This document shows, one piece after another, positions 16,616 through 26,535 of a DNA stretch of 56,336 nucleotides (position 1 is the stretch's first letter; each line of letters starts with the position of its first letter). The position numbers and the translations under genes were made by a program. The stretch is from a virus (lineage: Duplodnaviria; Caudoviricetes), in the IMG/VR virus record IMGVR_UViG_3300032605_000023, positions 1 through 56,336 of that record; one strand, 5' to 3'. The notes under the pieces are model-generated. The model worked only from the letters and a program-made list of their open reading frames with translations, was not told where the DNA came from and searched no databases.

Positions 16616-17511
16616 TAGACAATTTTCCCATAATCAACTGTTATACCTGGAAAATCTTGAGGTACTGAACCCGAAGATGTAATATCCATTTGTGAATCTG
16701 CTTCTTTTTCTACGGATTGGCCATGACCATAAATCATATAGTCATGAACACCTGAAAGAATTTCCTTAGCCATAGCAATCTTTGCTTGCACCCATGGTTC
16801 AATATGCATATCAGTAGGAAGAGACATAAGCATATGCATTGCTTTATTTGCAATAGCCTTTAATTCACTTTTGACCATTGCAATTTCATCCTGAGTGTCA
16901 TCAGTTTTATTTTTTGCAATATCACCACCTAAAAGTGGGACAGCTATATCTTCTTCCATGTCAATCTGTTCTACTTCTTCATTTCTCTGTTTGGCATAGT
17001 AAGCAGCTAAAGCCATTTGCTTACGCCTTTCCTTAGATTTGCCAGCAAATTTCGGATTATCAGAATCAATGAAATCCTTAATCCATTCACCTGCAGGTGT
17101 TGATTTTGTTAGAATTTCATTTAGTGTTTTCTTTGACGTTTCTTCTTTAACTGTCTGGCCAGGCGTAATATTCTTGATCTTCATAATGGTCTCACCAACT
17201 TCCTTGCCGGTGTTTGTTGGGCTTTTTACTTCATTATAAGCCTTTTCATCATCACCCTTTTTGTGCCCAAAATTCTTCATCTGAGGTGTATCCATTGAAT
17301 ATTTAATTTTTCCGCCGTTATAAACATCTGCATCATTCCCAACTCTACCTGCATGCTTTTCAAAAGTATGAGCTGCAACAAAATCTTGTTCGGAAGGTGC
17401 CTTAGGCATATAATCTACACCAGGTCTAGTCCCGAGTGATCCTGGAGTAACAGTGCTACTCTTAACACCTTCAAGCTTACCTTTTAAAACATCCGAGAGT
17501 TTCTTGACCAT
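16615..17511 (-). CDS. Putative prohead core/internal head protein (gp68 position)
   Basis: Charged protein with WIKDFIDSDNPKFAGKSKERRKQMALAAYY and EPWVQAKIAMA modules; start re-set to ATG 17511. Confidence 0.55.
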   Translation of the reverse strand: MVKKLSDVLKGKLEGVKSSTVTPGSLGTRPGVDYMPKAPSEQDFVAAHTFEKHAGRVGNDADVYNGGKIKYSMDTPQMKNFGHKKGDDEKAYNEVKSPTNTGKEVGETIMKIKNITPGQTVKEETSKKTLNEILTKSTPAGEWIKDFIDSDNPKFAGKSKERRKQMALAAYYAKQRNEEVEQIDMEEDIAVPLLGGDIAKNKTDDTQDEIAMVKSELKAIANKAMHMLMSLPTDMHIEPWVQAKIAMAKEILSGVHDYMIYGHGQSVEKEADSQMDITSSGSVPQDFPGITVDYGKIV

Positions 17512-17515
17512 TTTT

Positions 17516-17692
17516 TTATTCCTCTGATTCTTCTTCATGTGCAAACATAGTCTGTGCAACATTTGCTTTTGCATATGAGACTGCATCTGCTAATTTATCT
17601 GTAATAAGTGAATTGAAAGCATGTTCAAATTCAATTGGTTTCTGATTATGACTAAAAGAAATCAAATCAAAAAGTGTATATTCATCGTTCAT
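17516..17692 (-). CDS. Small prohead core protein (gp67-like)
   Basis: 58 aa MNDEYTLFDLI...FNSLITDKLADAV...VAQTMFAHEEESEE directly after the portal gene, with an acidic tail. Confidence 0.65.
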   Translation of the reverse strand: MNDEYTLFDLISFSHNQKPIEFEHAFNSLITDKLADAVSYAKANVAQTMFAHEEESEE

Positions 17693-17695
17693 AGT

Positions 17696-19423
17696 TTATT
17701 TATCCTTCAATAATTGTGGATCATTTTTTGCAAGAATTAAAGCAGCAGATTTAAATTGCGATTCTTCTTGTGTAGTTCTATTCTTTTTTAGTTTTAAAGT
17801 ATGATATAATGCAGATGCCGCGGCAAAATTTTTTGATTTTTCATCTTCTTCCTGTGGCGGTGCACCACCTTGTTCTGGTGCACCTTGGTCATCTGATTCT
17901 TCCCCGGGATTCATTCCATCATCTTCTTGTGGTTGCCACCGAGGATCATTATTTTCTTCTTCAATCTGTTCATCCATTGCTTCAATTTGTTCATCATCTT
18001 GATGGAGAACATTCTTTCTGGCCCATTCATGAGAATAATAAACACCGATCATTTGACTTTGCATGAGGTTTGACATGAGATTAATTCTATTTTCAAGAAT
18101 CTCTGCATCCTTCAATTCGGTAAAGTAATTATCCTTTGAATAATCATAACGGATGTCTGCACAAATATTTTGCCAATCTTCAAGTGACATAACACCCTTT
18201 AGAACAATTTGCTTTTCCAAAAGAGATGTGAATAGTGTAGAGAATTTGGTACGAAGTCTAGATACAAATCTATTGAATTTCAATTCATCTCGTGTTACTT
18301 CTGTTGCTCTACCCAATGAGAAAAGTGCATCAGAATTGAGTCTATTAACAGGAACATTCAATGTCTGATAAAGTTTCTTTTGGAAATATAAAACGTCATC
18401 CATTTCACCCAATGTTTGACCACCGGGAAGTGTTGTAACTTCAGTTCCTTTGCCACCTTCTCTTCTTGGAAGCCAATAATCTTCCATCATCGTCATGAAC
18501 TTTCGATCATCACGGACTTCACCGGTAGCACCATCATAAATTAATCTATTTTTGTGCTTGACCATAATATCACGAACGTATTGTTCTGCTTTCATTTTAG
18601 GAAGAGAACCAACATCAATATACCATACTCTTCGTTCAGGTGCTCTGGATAATCTATAGACTACCACAGCATCTTCTAGAGTACGAAGCTGATTGACTGC
18701 TTTAATTGCTTTGTGAAGATATGAAAGGACCATGGTTCCTTGAGTATCAGTAAGACCTGATGAAACGTGAACAATGGAATCCTTTGCAATCTTTAGACCA
18801 GTTGTTGCTGGACCAACAATTTTATTTCCGTAATTAAACCCGCGATCATTATATAAGAAATATTCATTTACAATCTTGGGAACAATGGCAGAAGAATCAG
18901 TGCCACCAACAACTTTCTTTTTGGAAATTTCACGAATCTTTCGGATTTTCCTAGGATCAACATATCGTACTTCCTTGATGCCATCTCTAGGATGTTTTTC
19001 ATCAATGATTACGTGATAGTATAACCGCCCATCAACATACCAACGTCTGTATATATCATAAGCATGTGATTGAAAATTCAAAACATTTAAAACAACACCG
19101 AATTCCTCTATGATTGCTTTTTTAATTTTGTCGGAAACTTTTAAATTATCAAGAACAATACTGACAATCTTTTCCTCATCAGCAGACATAGTTTCATTTA
19201 CTATTTCATCTACTGCTGCATCAACCTCAGGCTGCAAAGCCATTTCACGATATTTTGTGACTAATTCAGCTTCAGTTCTGACCGTTCCATCTAGATCAAT
19301 ATATGTGCCATAAGCACCAGAAGCGGCAATAATAACCGCACCGTCATCTTGTTCTTTAGGTGCAAATGACGGTGCGGGATCTACTTGTACTTTTCTTTTA
19401 AATTCAAAACCAAATAACTGCAA
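17696..19423 (-). CDS. gp20: Portal protein
   Basis: LFGFEF, WYVDGRLYYH, YRLSRAPERRVWYIDVG, EDYWLPRREGGKGTEVTTLPGG; TTG start. Confidence 0.98.
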   Translation of the reverse strand: MQLFGFEFKRKVQVDPAPSFAPKEQDDGAVIIAASGAYGTYIDLDGTVRTEAELVTKYREMALQPEVDAAVDEIVNETMSADEEKIVSIVLDNLKVSDKIKKAIIEEFGVVLNVLNFQSHAYDIYRRWYVDGRLYYHVIIDEKHPRDGIKEVRYVDPRKIRKIREISKKKVVGGTDSSAIVPKIVNEYFLYNDRGFNYGNKIVGPATTGLKIAKDSIVHVSSGLTDTQGTMVLSYLHKAIKAVNQLRTLEDAVVVYRLSRAPERRVWYIDVGSLPKMKAEQYVRDIMVKHKNRLIYDGATGEVRDDRKFMTMMEDYWLPRREGGKGTEVTTLPGGQTLGEMDDVLYFQKKLYQTLNVPVNRLNSDALFSLGRATEVTRDELKFNRFVSRLRTKFSTLFTSLLEKQIVLKGVMSLEDWQNICADIRYDYSKDNYFTELKDAEILENRINLMSNLMQSQMIGVYYSHEWARKNVLHQDDEQIEAMDEQIEEENNDPRWQPQEDDGMNPGEESDDQGAPEQGGAPPQEEDEKSKNFAAASALYHTLKLKKNRTTQEESQFKSAALILAKNDPQLLKDK

Positions 19424-19463
19424 TGCATTATACCTTTAAACCATACTCATTATATATTCAATC

Positions 19464-20033
19464 TTAAATGACTACACCAACACCAGAAGCACTATTTGTT
19501 GGAATCCAGTAATCATAAGCAAATGTTACCTGAAAGCTTTCAAACTGATCCGTAGCATTCCAGCTTAGGTCGACCTGAGAAACATCTACTGGGAACATGT
19601 TAACCATTGAATATGACTTAAGAATTGATCCATCCTTGCCATATTGTGTAATTGTGCCAGTAGCAGACTTATAAAGATTACCATCAAAACTTGTGCTTAG
19701 AAGATTATTCTGAATTGAATTAATCTGTGTATGCCAGGATTCAATACTATCACGAACTAGGAAATCCTCATCATTCATGACGGTGATAGTCCAATCCTGG
19801 AATGTTCTATCACCTGCTAACTTAATCTTTCTACCAAAATAAGGAACTTGAATTTCACCTAGAGAAGAAGCAGGCAACTGAGTGGCATTACAAGTAAATT
19901 GTAGTTTGCTTGCAGGTGTGCTGGTATCACCTGAAAATCCTGCAGGGAATGTAATTAATACATCAAAGAGTGATGGTCTGGCGCCACCTAGCGCCAAACC
20001 ATTTGATGCAAAATCTTGAATATTAAAAGGCAT
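19464..20033 (-). CDS. gp19: Tail tube protein
   Basis: GGARPSLF, YFGRKIKLAGDRTFQDWTITVMNDEDF, FQVTFAYDYW. Confidence 0.97.
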   Translation of the reverse strand: MPFNIQDFASNGLALGGARPSLFDVLITFPAGFSGDTSTPASKLQFTCNATQLPASSLGEIQVPYFGRKIKLAGDRTFQDWTITVMNDEDFLVRDSIESWHTQINSIQNNLLSTSFDGNLYKSATGTITQYGKDGSILKSYSMVNMFPVDVSQVDLSWNATDQFESFQVTFAYDYWIPTNSASGVGVVI

Positions 20034-20057
20034 CTTTTTTACTCCGTTCCTTATTTA

Positions 20058-22187
20058 TTAGAATTGTCCGATGACTGTAGAGAAATCAACGCCTGTATTT
20101 ACAGCCACAAAGTTCAACTGGATGAAGTTGATTGATCTTGCAGGCTGAACATAAATGTCACCAACAAACTGATTAGCATCAATTACTGCAGGTGTATTAT
20201 TGGTAGTATCACACACAACCTTGAAAGCAGTAATACCACGTAGAGCTTGAATTTGTCGTAGATAACTTGTCACGACATTTGTGAATTGAGCTCTAGTAAA
20301 GGCATCATTGAATTCAAAGAGTGAATATTGTGCTGCAGTAGAAATTGCCTTTTCAAGAACAATGAATAGTCTACGAACGTTAATTCTATTGAACGCCGAA
20401 GGCTTCAATGTGCCTGTTTTATCACCATATAGTACCGTTCCCTTACCTGGGAATGTTACCACTGGATTGATTGAAGCAGTAGAATATAGAAGATCTCTTG
20501 CTGCCTTATTTGGATTATATCTAAGCTTAACAATATTTGCAATCTGACCGCGATTAAATCCTGCAGGAGACCACCAAGCATTATTTGTCTGATCCGTTCT
20601 TGCACATAGACCAGCAGTATCACCATTGAGTGGGACATACCGATAAATGTCATTATACCGATCATAAATTTGCTTGAAACCAGAGTCAACAAATTGATAT
20701 GTTGAATCAGACAAAGCACCATACCAAGCAACAAGTGCTTGAGCTTCTTGACCAGGATATGAATTAACTACACCAAGATCTGGTGAAATAAAGACCACAC
20801 AATCTTTCCGAATATTTGCAATATTTTGAACTAGCCAATTAGCTAGCTGGAAGTTATTGACATTGAAACCATTGACTACATTTGTGCCACCTAGAGGAAC
20901 GCCCTGAAGAACCAATGAAATGTCTGCGGCATCCTTATTCACATAAGGTGTATAACCTGCCGTAACAACCCCAAGAGGAATTGTATATTCATTGGCACCG
21001 TCTGCACCATTCTGCATTGTTAAAGTCAATGGCAATGGATTGCCAGAGCTTGCAACATTTAGAGAATTTGCAGAAACAGCACCAGCACGATCATTTGCAT
21101 ACCATAGATAATTTGAGGTGTTATTGATAACATTCTTGTAATAGATTGATGCGCCGCCTGTAGTAGAGAAAGCATCAGTTGCACGTGATACATTTGGGAA
21201 TGTTTCTAGAATAGCACCAGCCACACCAGTAAATGCGCCATTGGCATCAATAACTGCTACGTGAAGTGTATCAACAGCAGCTGTATTACCAAAAGAAGCC
21301 ACAAACTGTGACTGAACAGGGGCAGAACCAAAAGATGTAGCAAACTGCCAAAACCGTAATAGATTGATAACAGATGAATTACCATTTACTGTATTGGATA
21401 CAGTAAGATTTGATGACAATCTATAGGCGCCAGCAAAACCAATGTTAAATGTTGAATAGTTACCACCAACAACAGATGGAACACCAATGCTGGTAATCTG
21501 TAGATTTTGAATACCGATGGAAGAGTTACCAACAGCAATCAAATCGCCATTTGTAAATGATGCAGCAATCGTTGTGGCATATGCATTTGCAGCAGATACC
21601 TGGTTGTTAGAATAGAATGTCAACGTTGCCGTATTGGAACCAATACCAATCGTAAAGCTACCATTGATAGCATTAGAAGAAGAAGTGCCATATAGATTAA
21701 CATTTGAACTATAAGCATTTACAGAGTCACAAATTGAAACCTGAAGCGAATCACCGATTGAACCAGGATATTTTGCAACATAGTAGACGTTTGCATCAAA
21801 AGTGCTATGGTTGTCGATATAATCTTCTGAATTCAAAACGGAAACGGAATAGATGTTTGCTAATGGACCAACATTTGCACAAGCAGATACAGCAAGAAGT
21901 GAGGTGTTTGGTGAACCTGTATAAGTTGTCTGAGCAACGCGCGTAACATAAAGAGAACCACCATAGTTTAGAAAACTTGAGGCAGTAAAAAATGTCTGTG
22001 CGTTTAAATTTGTTGGTGCAGTAAAATTCTCGATAAGATCATTTTCCGAAGAGGTCATGATCATTGTATTTACAGGGCCCCATGGGAACACACCTGCAAT
22101 GACACCGGTGGTGGTAGATACTGCTGGAACGATCGTAGTTAGATCAATTTCAGAAACATTAACACCAGGACTGATAGGATACGCCAT
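20058..22187 (-). CDS. gp18: Tail sheath protein
   Basis: SPGVNVSEIDLT, WWSPAGFNRG, RINVRRLF, PARSINFIQLNF. Confidence 0.98.
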   Translation of the reverse strand: MAYPISPGVNVSEIDLTTIVPAVSTTTGVIAGVFPWGPVNTMIMTSSENDLIENFTAPTNLNAQTFFTASSFLNYGGSLYVTRVAQTTYTGSPNTSLLAVSACANVGPLANIYSVSVLNSEDYIDNHSTFDANVYYVAKYPGSIGDSLQVSICDSVNAYSSNVNLYGTSSSNAINGSFTIGIGSNTATLTFYSNNQVSAANAYATTIAASFTNGDLIAVGNSSIGIQNLQITSIGVPSVVGGNYSTFNIGFAGAYRLSSNLTVSNTVNGNSSVINLLRFWQFATSFGSAPVQSQFVASFGNTAAVDTLHVAVIDANGAFTGVAGAILETFPNVSRATDAFSTTGGASIYYKNVINNTSNYLWYANDRAGAVSANSLNVASSGNPLPLTLTMQNGADGANEYTIPLGVVTAGYTPYVNKDAADISLVLQGVPLGGTNVVNGFNVNNFQLANWLVQNIANIRKDCVVFISPDLGVVNSYPGQEAQALVAWYGALSDSTYQFVDSGFKQIYDRYNDIYRYVPLNGDTAGLCARTDQTNNAWWSPAGFNRGQIANIVKLRYNPNKAARDLLYSTASINPVVTFPGKGTVLYGDKTGTLKPSAFNRINVRRLFIVLEKAISTAAQYSLFEFNDAFTRAQFTNVVTSYLRQIQALRGITAFKVVCDTTNNTPAVIDANQFVGDIYVQPARSINFIQLNFVAVNTGVDFSTVIGQF

Positions 22188-22231
22188 TATTTTTCCTTTC
22201 TATGCTTTATTGAATAAAAATTCTTTAGTTA

Positions 22232-22239
22232 TATTTATA
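22232..22239 (-). promoter_or_regulatory. T4-type late promoter
   Basis: Exact TATAAATA upstream of gp18, overlapping the gp17 stop. Confidence 0.7.
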
Positions 22240-23902
22240 TGAAAGGGTTCTCGACGTCCGAATCACTCATCCAATTGTTAATTAAAGGCCTTTCAAATAC
22301 TTCTTCTATGCTTTCACCAAAGTCAACAAATCCAAAGGGAACAAGATCATTAGCAATTTCTTCTTCAGTTTTTTCTCTTAATCTTGCCAAAGTATTTATG
22401 TCAGTAATATCACGGAAGTATGATTGATCTGTAAGCCATCCAAACAGAACAAGTCCCATGACCATATCATCATGCTTACCTGGTTCAGCTTCGTATGAAA
22501 CACCTTTTCGTGAGAACGTAGATAATTCATATATTGTATCAATATCGTTTACAATAAGTTGATTTTGTTCTATGAGTAATTTTAGAATAGAACAACCGAC
22601 TGATTTCACAGACTTTGTAGTTCTAATACCTCTATCAACACCAGTACCAAAGCCTGAGGAAATTCTTTTGCCAAGTCTGCCTGCTGATTCAGTGTATAAA
22701 ACATTATCATATTCAAAATCATAATGAAGTGAATTTGAAATTTGTTCACCCATATCATTTACTTCAACTAATATTGAAGCATTGTTATAAGATTTGGCAA
22801 CTCTATAAACAATTTCGGCATAATCAATGGGTGTTACCAAATTATTTCTAAATACACACACTTGTTTATAAGGCATAGTTGTAACATCAAGAACAGAAAA
22901 TGCAGAATGGTCTAGACCTTTTCCTCTTGACACATCGACTATTTGAACATATGTGTGATCTTTGATTGGCTTTTCAAATTCTTTTAGACCATCTTTTTCA
23001 TGCAAAGGAATTTGATGAACAAGTTGTTTTAATTTCCAACCGGCAATGAGTGTTCCAGAACTACCCATAAATTCAACGGAATATTCTTGATCAAATTTCT
23101 GTTGATCAAAATTCATAGCAGAGAGAGTATCAAGTCTCCAATTTTCATCTCTCCCTGGAACATGTTCCCAAGTAACTTTAATGGGTATATAATTATTTCT
23201 TTTTTCTTGTGCATTTTGCCATATGGCATAGAAATGATTCAATCCATTTGGTGTTGATACAAGAACAACTTTGGTATCAGAACCTGAAGTAATTGTAGGA
23301 TACACTGATGTAAAGAATGAATCCCAATTTTCAATGAATGCTGCTTCGTCAATGAATAGAAGATTGATGGTATAACCGCGGATGTTATCAGATGATGTTG
23401 CCGCAGCAACAACACGTGAATTATTCTCAAGCCAAAATGAACCTTTGTTCCATTCAACAACACCTTGCTGAAGCCATGTTGGAAGATGTTGATATGCCAA
23501 CTGAATTTTACTTAGAATTTCTCTGGCAGTTTCACCTTTGTTGGCAAGAAGTGCTACGGTTTTATCTCTATTAAAAAGGATATAGTGGAGAATAAACGCG
23601 CAAGTTGTGGTTGATTTGCCTGCTTGACGTGCAGTACCGATAATAGTATATCGGTTTTCATCCATAGTTTTAAGCATTTCTTTTTGATAATCATATGGTC
23701 TAAAAGGCATCAGACCATGATTCACATTGATGATTCTCATATATTTTTCACAAAAATATAGAATATCATTTGAACATCTCATGTATTCTTCAACAAGTTC
23801 AGGAGTCCAGTTGACTTGAACACCTTCTCTTTTTAAAAGAGGATTGCCATTATATCCTCTAAATTTAACTATTGGATTTGGTGTGTTTATTTCGGTTGAC
23901 AT
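22235..23902 (-). CDS. gp17: Terminase large subunit
   Basis: YNGNPLLK, ARQAGKST, FIDEAAF, STPNG, DVSRGKGLD, HDDMVM. Confidence 0.98.
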   Translation of the reverse strand: MSTEINTPNPIVKFRGYNGNPLLKREGVQVNWTPELVEEYMRCSNDILYFCEKYMRIINVNHGLMPFRPYDYQKEMLKTMDENRYTIIGTARQAGKSTTTCAFILHYILFNRDKTVALLANKGETAREILSKIQLAYQHLPTWLQQGVVEWNKGSFWLENNSRVVAAATSSDNIRGYTINLLFIDEAAFIENWDSFFTSVYPTITSGSDTKVVLVSTPNGLNHFYAIWQNAQEKRNNYIPIKVTWEHVPGRDENWRLDTLSAMNFDQQKFDQEYSVEFMGSSGTLIAGWKLKQLVHQIPLHEKDGLKEFEKPIKDHTYVQIVDVSRGKGLDHSAFSVLDVTTMPYKQVCVFRNNLVTPIDYAEIVYRVAKSYNNASILVEVNDMGEQISNSLHYDFEYDNVLYTESAGRLGKRISSGFGTGVDRGIRTTKSVKSVGCSILKLLIEQNQLIVNDIDTIYELSTFSRKGVSYEAEPGKHDDMVMGLVLFGWLTDQSYFRDITDINTLARLREKTEEEIANDLVPFGFVDFGESIEEVFERPLINNWMSDSDVENPFI

Positions 23903-23924
23903 ATTTCTAATTCCATGGTATAAT
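23896..23924 (+). promoter_or_regulatory. Antisense perfect-consensus sigma70 promoter overlapping the gp17 start codon
   Basis: TTGACA-17 nt-TATAAT with TGn extension (CATGGTATAAT); points into gp16. Confidence 0.65.
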
Positions 23925-23942
23925 CTCTATGAGTCTATGATA

Positions 23943-24350
23943 TTACTTCTTCATATTCTGGATAACAGATAATAGTTCAGATGTCGATCCGACAAAGAGA
24001 TTGTTTGTTACTTGTTTGGCATCCTGATTTCTAGGTTCCATTAACTTCTCGATATCCTGTAATTTCTTATGAGTGTCCACAAGTTTATCAGAGGCATTCA
24101 CAACGGTATCCATTAATTTAGCAAGTACTTCAAATGCCCTAGGATTCTGAGATGAATCTGCTATTTGTGCTAATTTTTCAATAGCATCATTTGCATTTAA
24201 AATAACTTCTTTCAGATTTGCTCTAGTAAAAGTAAAATCTTCATTGGCAGAATCATTGAGTGCATCACGAACTATAGTTGTGACTGCTTTACTTTTATCT
24301 TCTAGAGGTGGAATCCCTAAGGCTTTTCCAATTGGATCATCATCTTCCAT
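23943..24350 (-). CDS. gp16: Terminase small subunit
   Basis: DFTFTRANL, PRAFEVLAKL, NNLFVGSTSELL. Confidence 0.92.
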   Translation of the reverse strand: MEDDDPIGKALGIPPLEDKSKAVTTIVRDALNDSANEDFTFTRANLKEVILNANDAIEKLAQIADSSQNPRAFEVLAKLMDTVVNASDKLVDTHKKLQDIEKLMEPRNQDAKQVTNNLFVGSTSELLSVIQNMKK

Positions 24351-25156
24351 TAGTGTTCACCCGTAATAGTTTCAATGAAGCCATAATCTGAAGTGACAGA
24401 AATTGTATTAGCTGGAACTGATTGTGCTGCATTTGATGTTGGTTGACCATTTGCAGTCAGACCAGGTTGAACCGTAGTTGTTATGATTCTATTTGTAGCA
24501 CCAGTAGAGTCTGTAACATAAAAATTTGTATCTGCAAATAGAATCACACCAGTATTTGCAACTGGACCGTAAATATTTGCTTTAAGAGTGAATGTAAGAG
24601 TCCAGATCAAAGCTCTTCGTTCCTTAAAGGAACCTTCGTATTTGTCGTCTAACTCTACTTTATCAAGGACAATAGGAACATCAATGATGATATTTGTTTC
24701 GGGTATTAGATTTACCTTAAGTGTATAGTCAGGTGTAAAGTATGGAAGAATTTGTTCAATGATCTTTAAACCATCTTCTGCATTTTTTACATATACATGA
24801 AGTGCATATCCGATATTATATGGAACTGGTGTATATTGTGAATTAAAAACATTTGTAATAGAAGATGGAACATTCATTCTATTTGTTGCAGGTAATTTTC
24901 TGGCTCCATCGTATTCCATTCCAATCATTTCAAATGACATAATTGGAAGTTGAATTGCCGTCTGTCTTGAAATATTTGGATCTTGTTCAACACGAGCAAG
25001 CATCTTATCTCTGGGCCCATATGTAATAGGAACTTTGATAAGATCAACCATACTACCAGATGAATCATTTCTGATGATTCTAATATCATCAAATAACGAA
25101 CCAAACAGAACTGTATATTTTCTAATGGACTGGAAGTAAAAAGGATCGTGCGACAT
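24350..25156 (-). CDS. gp15: Tail sheath stabilizer / completion protein
   Basis: FGSLFDDI, KVPITYGP, PVPYNI, IIEQILPYFTP, WTLTFTLK. Confidence 0.93.
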   Translation of the reverse strand: MSHDPFYFQSIRKYTVLFGSLFDDIRIIRNDSSGSMVDLIKVPITYGPRDKMLARVEQDPNISRQTAIQLPIMSFEMIGMEYDGARKLPATNRMNVPSSITNVFNSQYTPVPYNIGYALHVYVKNAEDGLKIIEQILPYFTPDYTLKVNLIPETNIIIDVPIVLDKVELDDKYEGSFKERRALIWTLTFTLKANIYGPVANTGVILFADTNFYVTDSTGATNRIITTTVQPGLTANGQPTSNAAQSVPANTISVTSDYGFIETITGEH

Positions 25157-25159
25157 CAA

Positions 25160-25912
25160 TTATTCTCCAAAAGGATTTGAATCCGAGAAATCAATGAAGC
25201 CATTTGATCCGGTTTCAAAGTTTGTGGTGCCATCAGGGAGAACATCATTCTCAGAACCTTTTACAACATTTCCCATGATAAATGGTTCTACAACCAAATA
25301 ATCCTCATTTTCATCTTGTAATTCATGCCCAAATTCATCAAGATATGAGAAGTCAAGAATATTGGTAGAAAATTGTTTCTGAAGAATATCGACTTCTGGA
25401 ATACCAGTATTGATGATTTCATCTGAATATTCAAATAGTTCACATGTCATTTCCCAAGTCTGAAGGGAACCCATCTGATAAAACATTTCAAATTTATTTG
25501 TATATTTAATTTGAAAACATTTTTGGTTCAGAGGAAAATAGATAAGATCACCTTCATTTGGTCTAGGTTGATTTGTATAAGAACCAACACATTGAGAAAA
25601 TATTCTTTGTGAAATAGAAAATACTACCTGATCTCTAATTTCCACACCAAATTTAGACATGAATTCCTGGTCACCAGTAAAGCCATCTACAGACTTGATG
25701 TATATACAAACCAAATAAGGATTGGTGTAAGATGATAAAGCATCTTCGCCATAGACATTATCCTCATTCACAATGTTTCGAGGAATATAATACATCGACT
25801 GACCGTAGATAGCTATGGCTTCTGTAATAAGTGATTCAATAAGGTTTTGTTCACCAAATGAATTATAGTTATTAAAGAATAGATTGGTACCACCGGTTAA
25901 TGAATACGACAT
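25160..25912 (-). CDS. gp14: Neck protein
   Basis: EQNLIESL, YYIPR, SKFGVEIRD, RPNEGDLIYFP, DFSDSNPFGE. Confidence 0.93.
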   Translation of the reverse strand: MSYSLTGGTNLFFNNYNSFGEQNLIESLITEAIAIYGQSMYYIPRNIVNEDNVYGEDALSSYTNPYLVCIYIKSVDGFTGDQEFMSKFGVEIRDQVVFSISQRIFSQCVGSYTNQPRPNEGDLIYFPLNQKCFQIKYTNKFEMFYQMGSLQTWEMTCELFEYSDEIINTGIPEVDILQKQFSTNILDFSYLDEFGHELQDENEDYLVVEPFIMGNVVKGSENDVLPDGTTNFETGSNGFIDFSDSNPFGE

Positions 25913-25918
25913 TATTTT

Positions 25919-26533
25919 TTACTTTTTCCAAGTGGTAATTTTATTAATTTTTATGGAATCAGCATTATAAGGAATATATACGTTATGCCTTTTTGCATCC
26001 ATATTGTCACCGCCATTATAACGAAGCCCATCATAGCCGTTTTTTATAAGATGATCTCTAGCCCGAGATGTGCCACCCAAAGCACGTGAAAGACCATTGA
26101 AAACTTCATGACCTTTTAAGTTTGCAGAACCTGTTTTTAATTTTGCCAATATATCATACTTGTCTGCACCGAGTTTTAAAAGACCAGCACCTCTAGCAAA
26201 ATCTTCATGTTTTGATGGATGTGGTAATAGTTTTTTCAATTTTTCACCAGAAAACTTATGATCAACATCAAATACATTGTTCATTTTTAAACCAGTATGA
26301 TATAGATAAGGTGTATTTGTCTTATGGTATTTTGCCATATGATTTGCATAGGATTTACCGACATCTTTATCATCAGTGAAATATCCTACGCCACCGCCCA
26401 TATGATCGTGTTCAATTCGAGCATGTCTTTGTTCAAACTTTTTAAACAATTTCCCAGAACCATGATATGTATCAACATGGACTGGATTTGTTTCTGTATC
26501 GGATTCTAGGAGATATTCTTTAAACGAGAGCAT
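25919..26533 (-). CDS. Putative ADP-ribosyltransferase-fold internal head protein
   Basis: YHGSxxxFxxF, GGGVGYFTDDxxVGKSYA and LxKNGYDG pattern of polyvalent-protein-type ART domains; N-terminus MLSFKEYLLE resembles T4 internal-protein capsid-targeting sequences. Confidence 0.6.
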   Translation of the reverse strand: MLSFKEYLLESDTETNPVHVDTYHGSGKLFKKFEQRHARIEHDHMGGGVGYFTDDKDVGKSYANHMAKYHKTNTPYLYHTGLKMNNVFDVDHKFSGEKLKKLLPHPSKHEDFARGAGLLKLGADKYDILAKLKTGSANLKGHEVFNGLSRALGGTSRARDHLIKNGYDGLRYNGGDNMDAKRHNVYIPYNADSIKINKITTWKK

Positions 26534-26535
26534 TT

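Noticed and set aside
17696-17960. Acidic then basic C-terminal extension of the portal
   Set aside because: Variable low-complexity portal tails are common in T4-like phages; nothing specific could be supported.
4226-23902. Introns or inteins in gp46, gp47, uvsW, gp20, gp17 and gp23
   Set aside because: All are uninterrupted, of normal length, and lack Hint or splice motifs.
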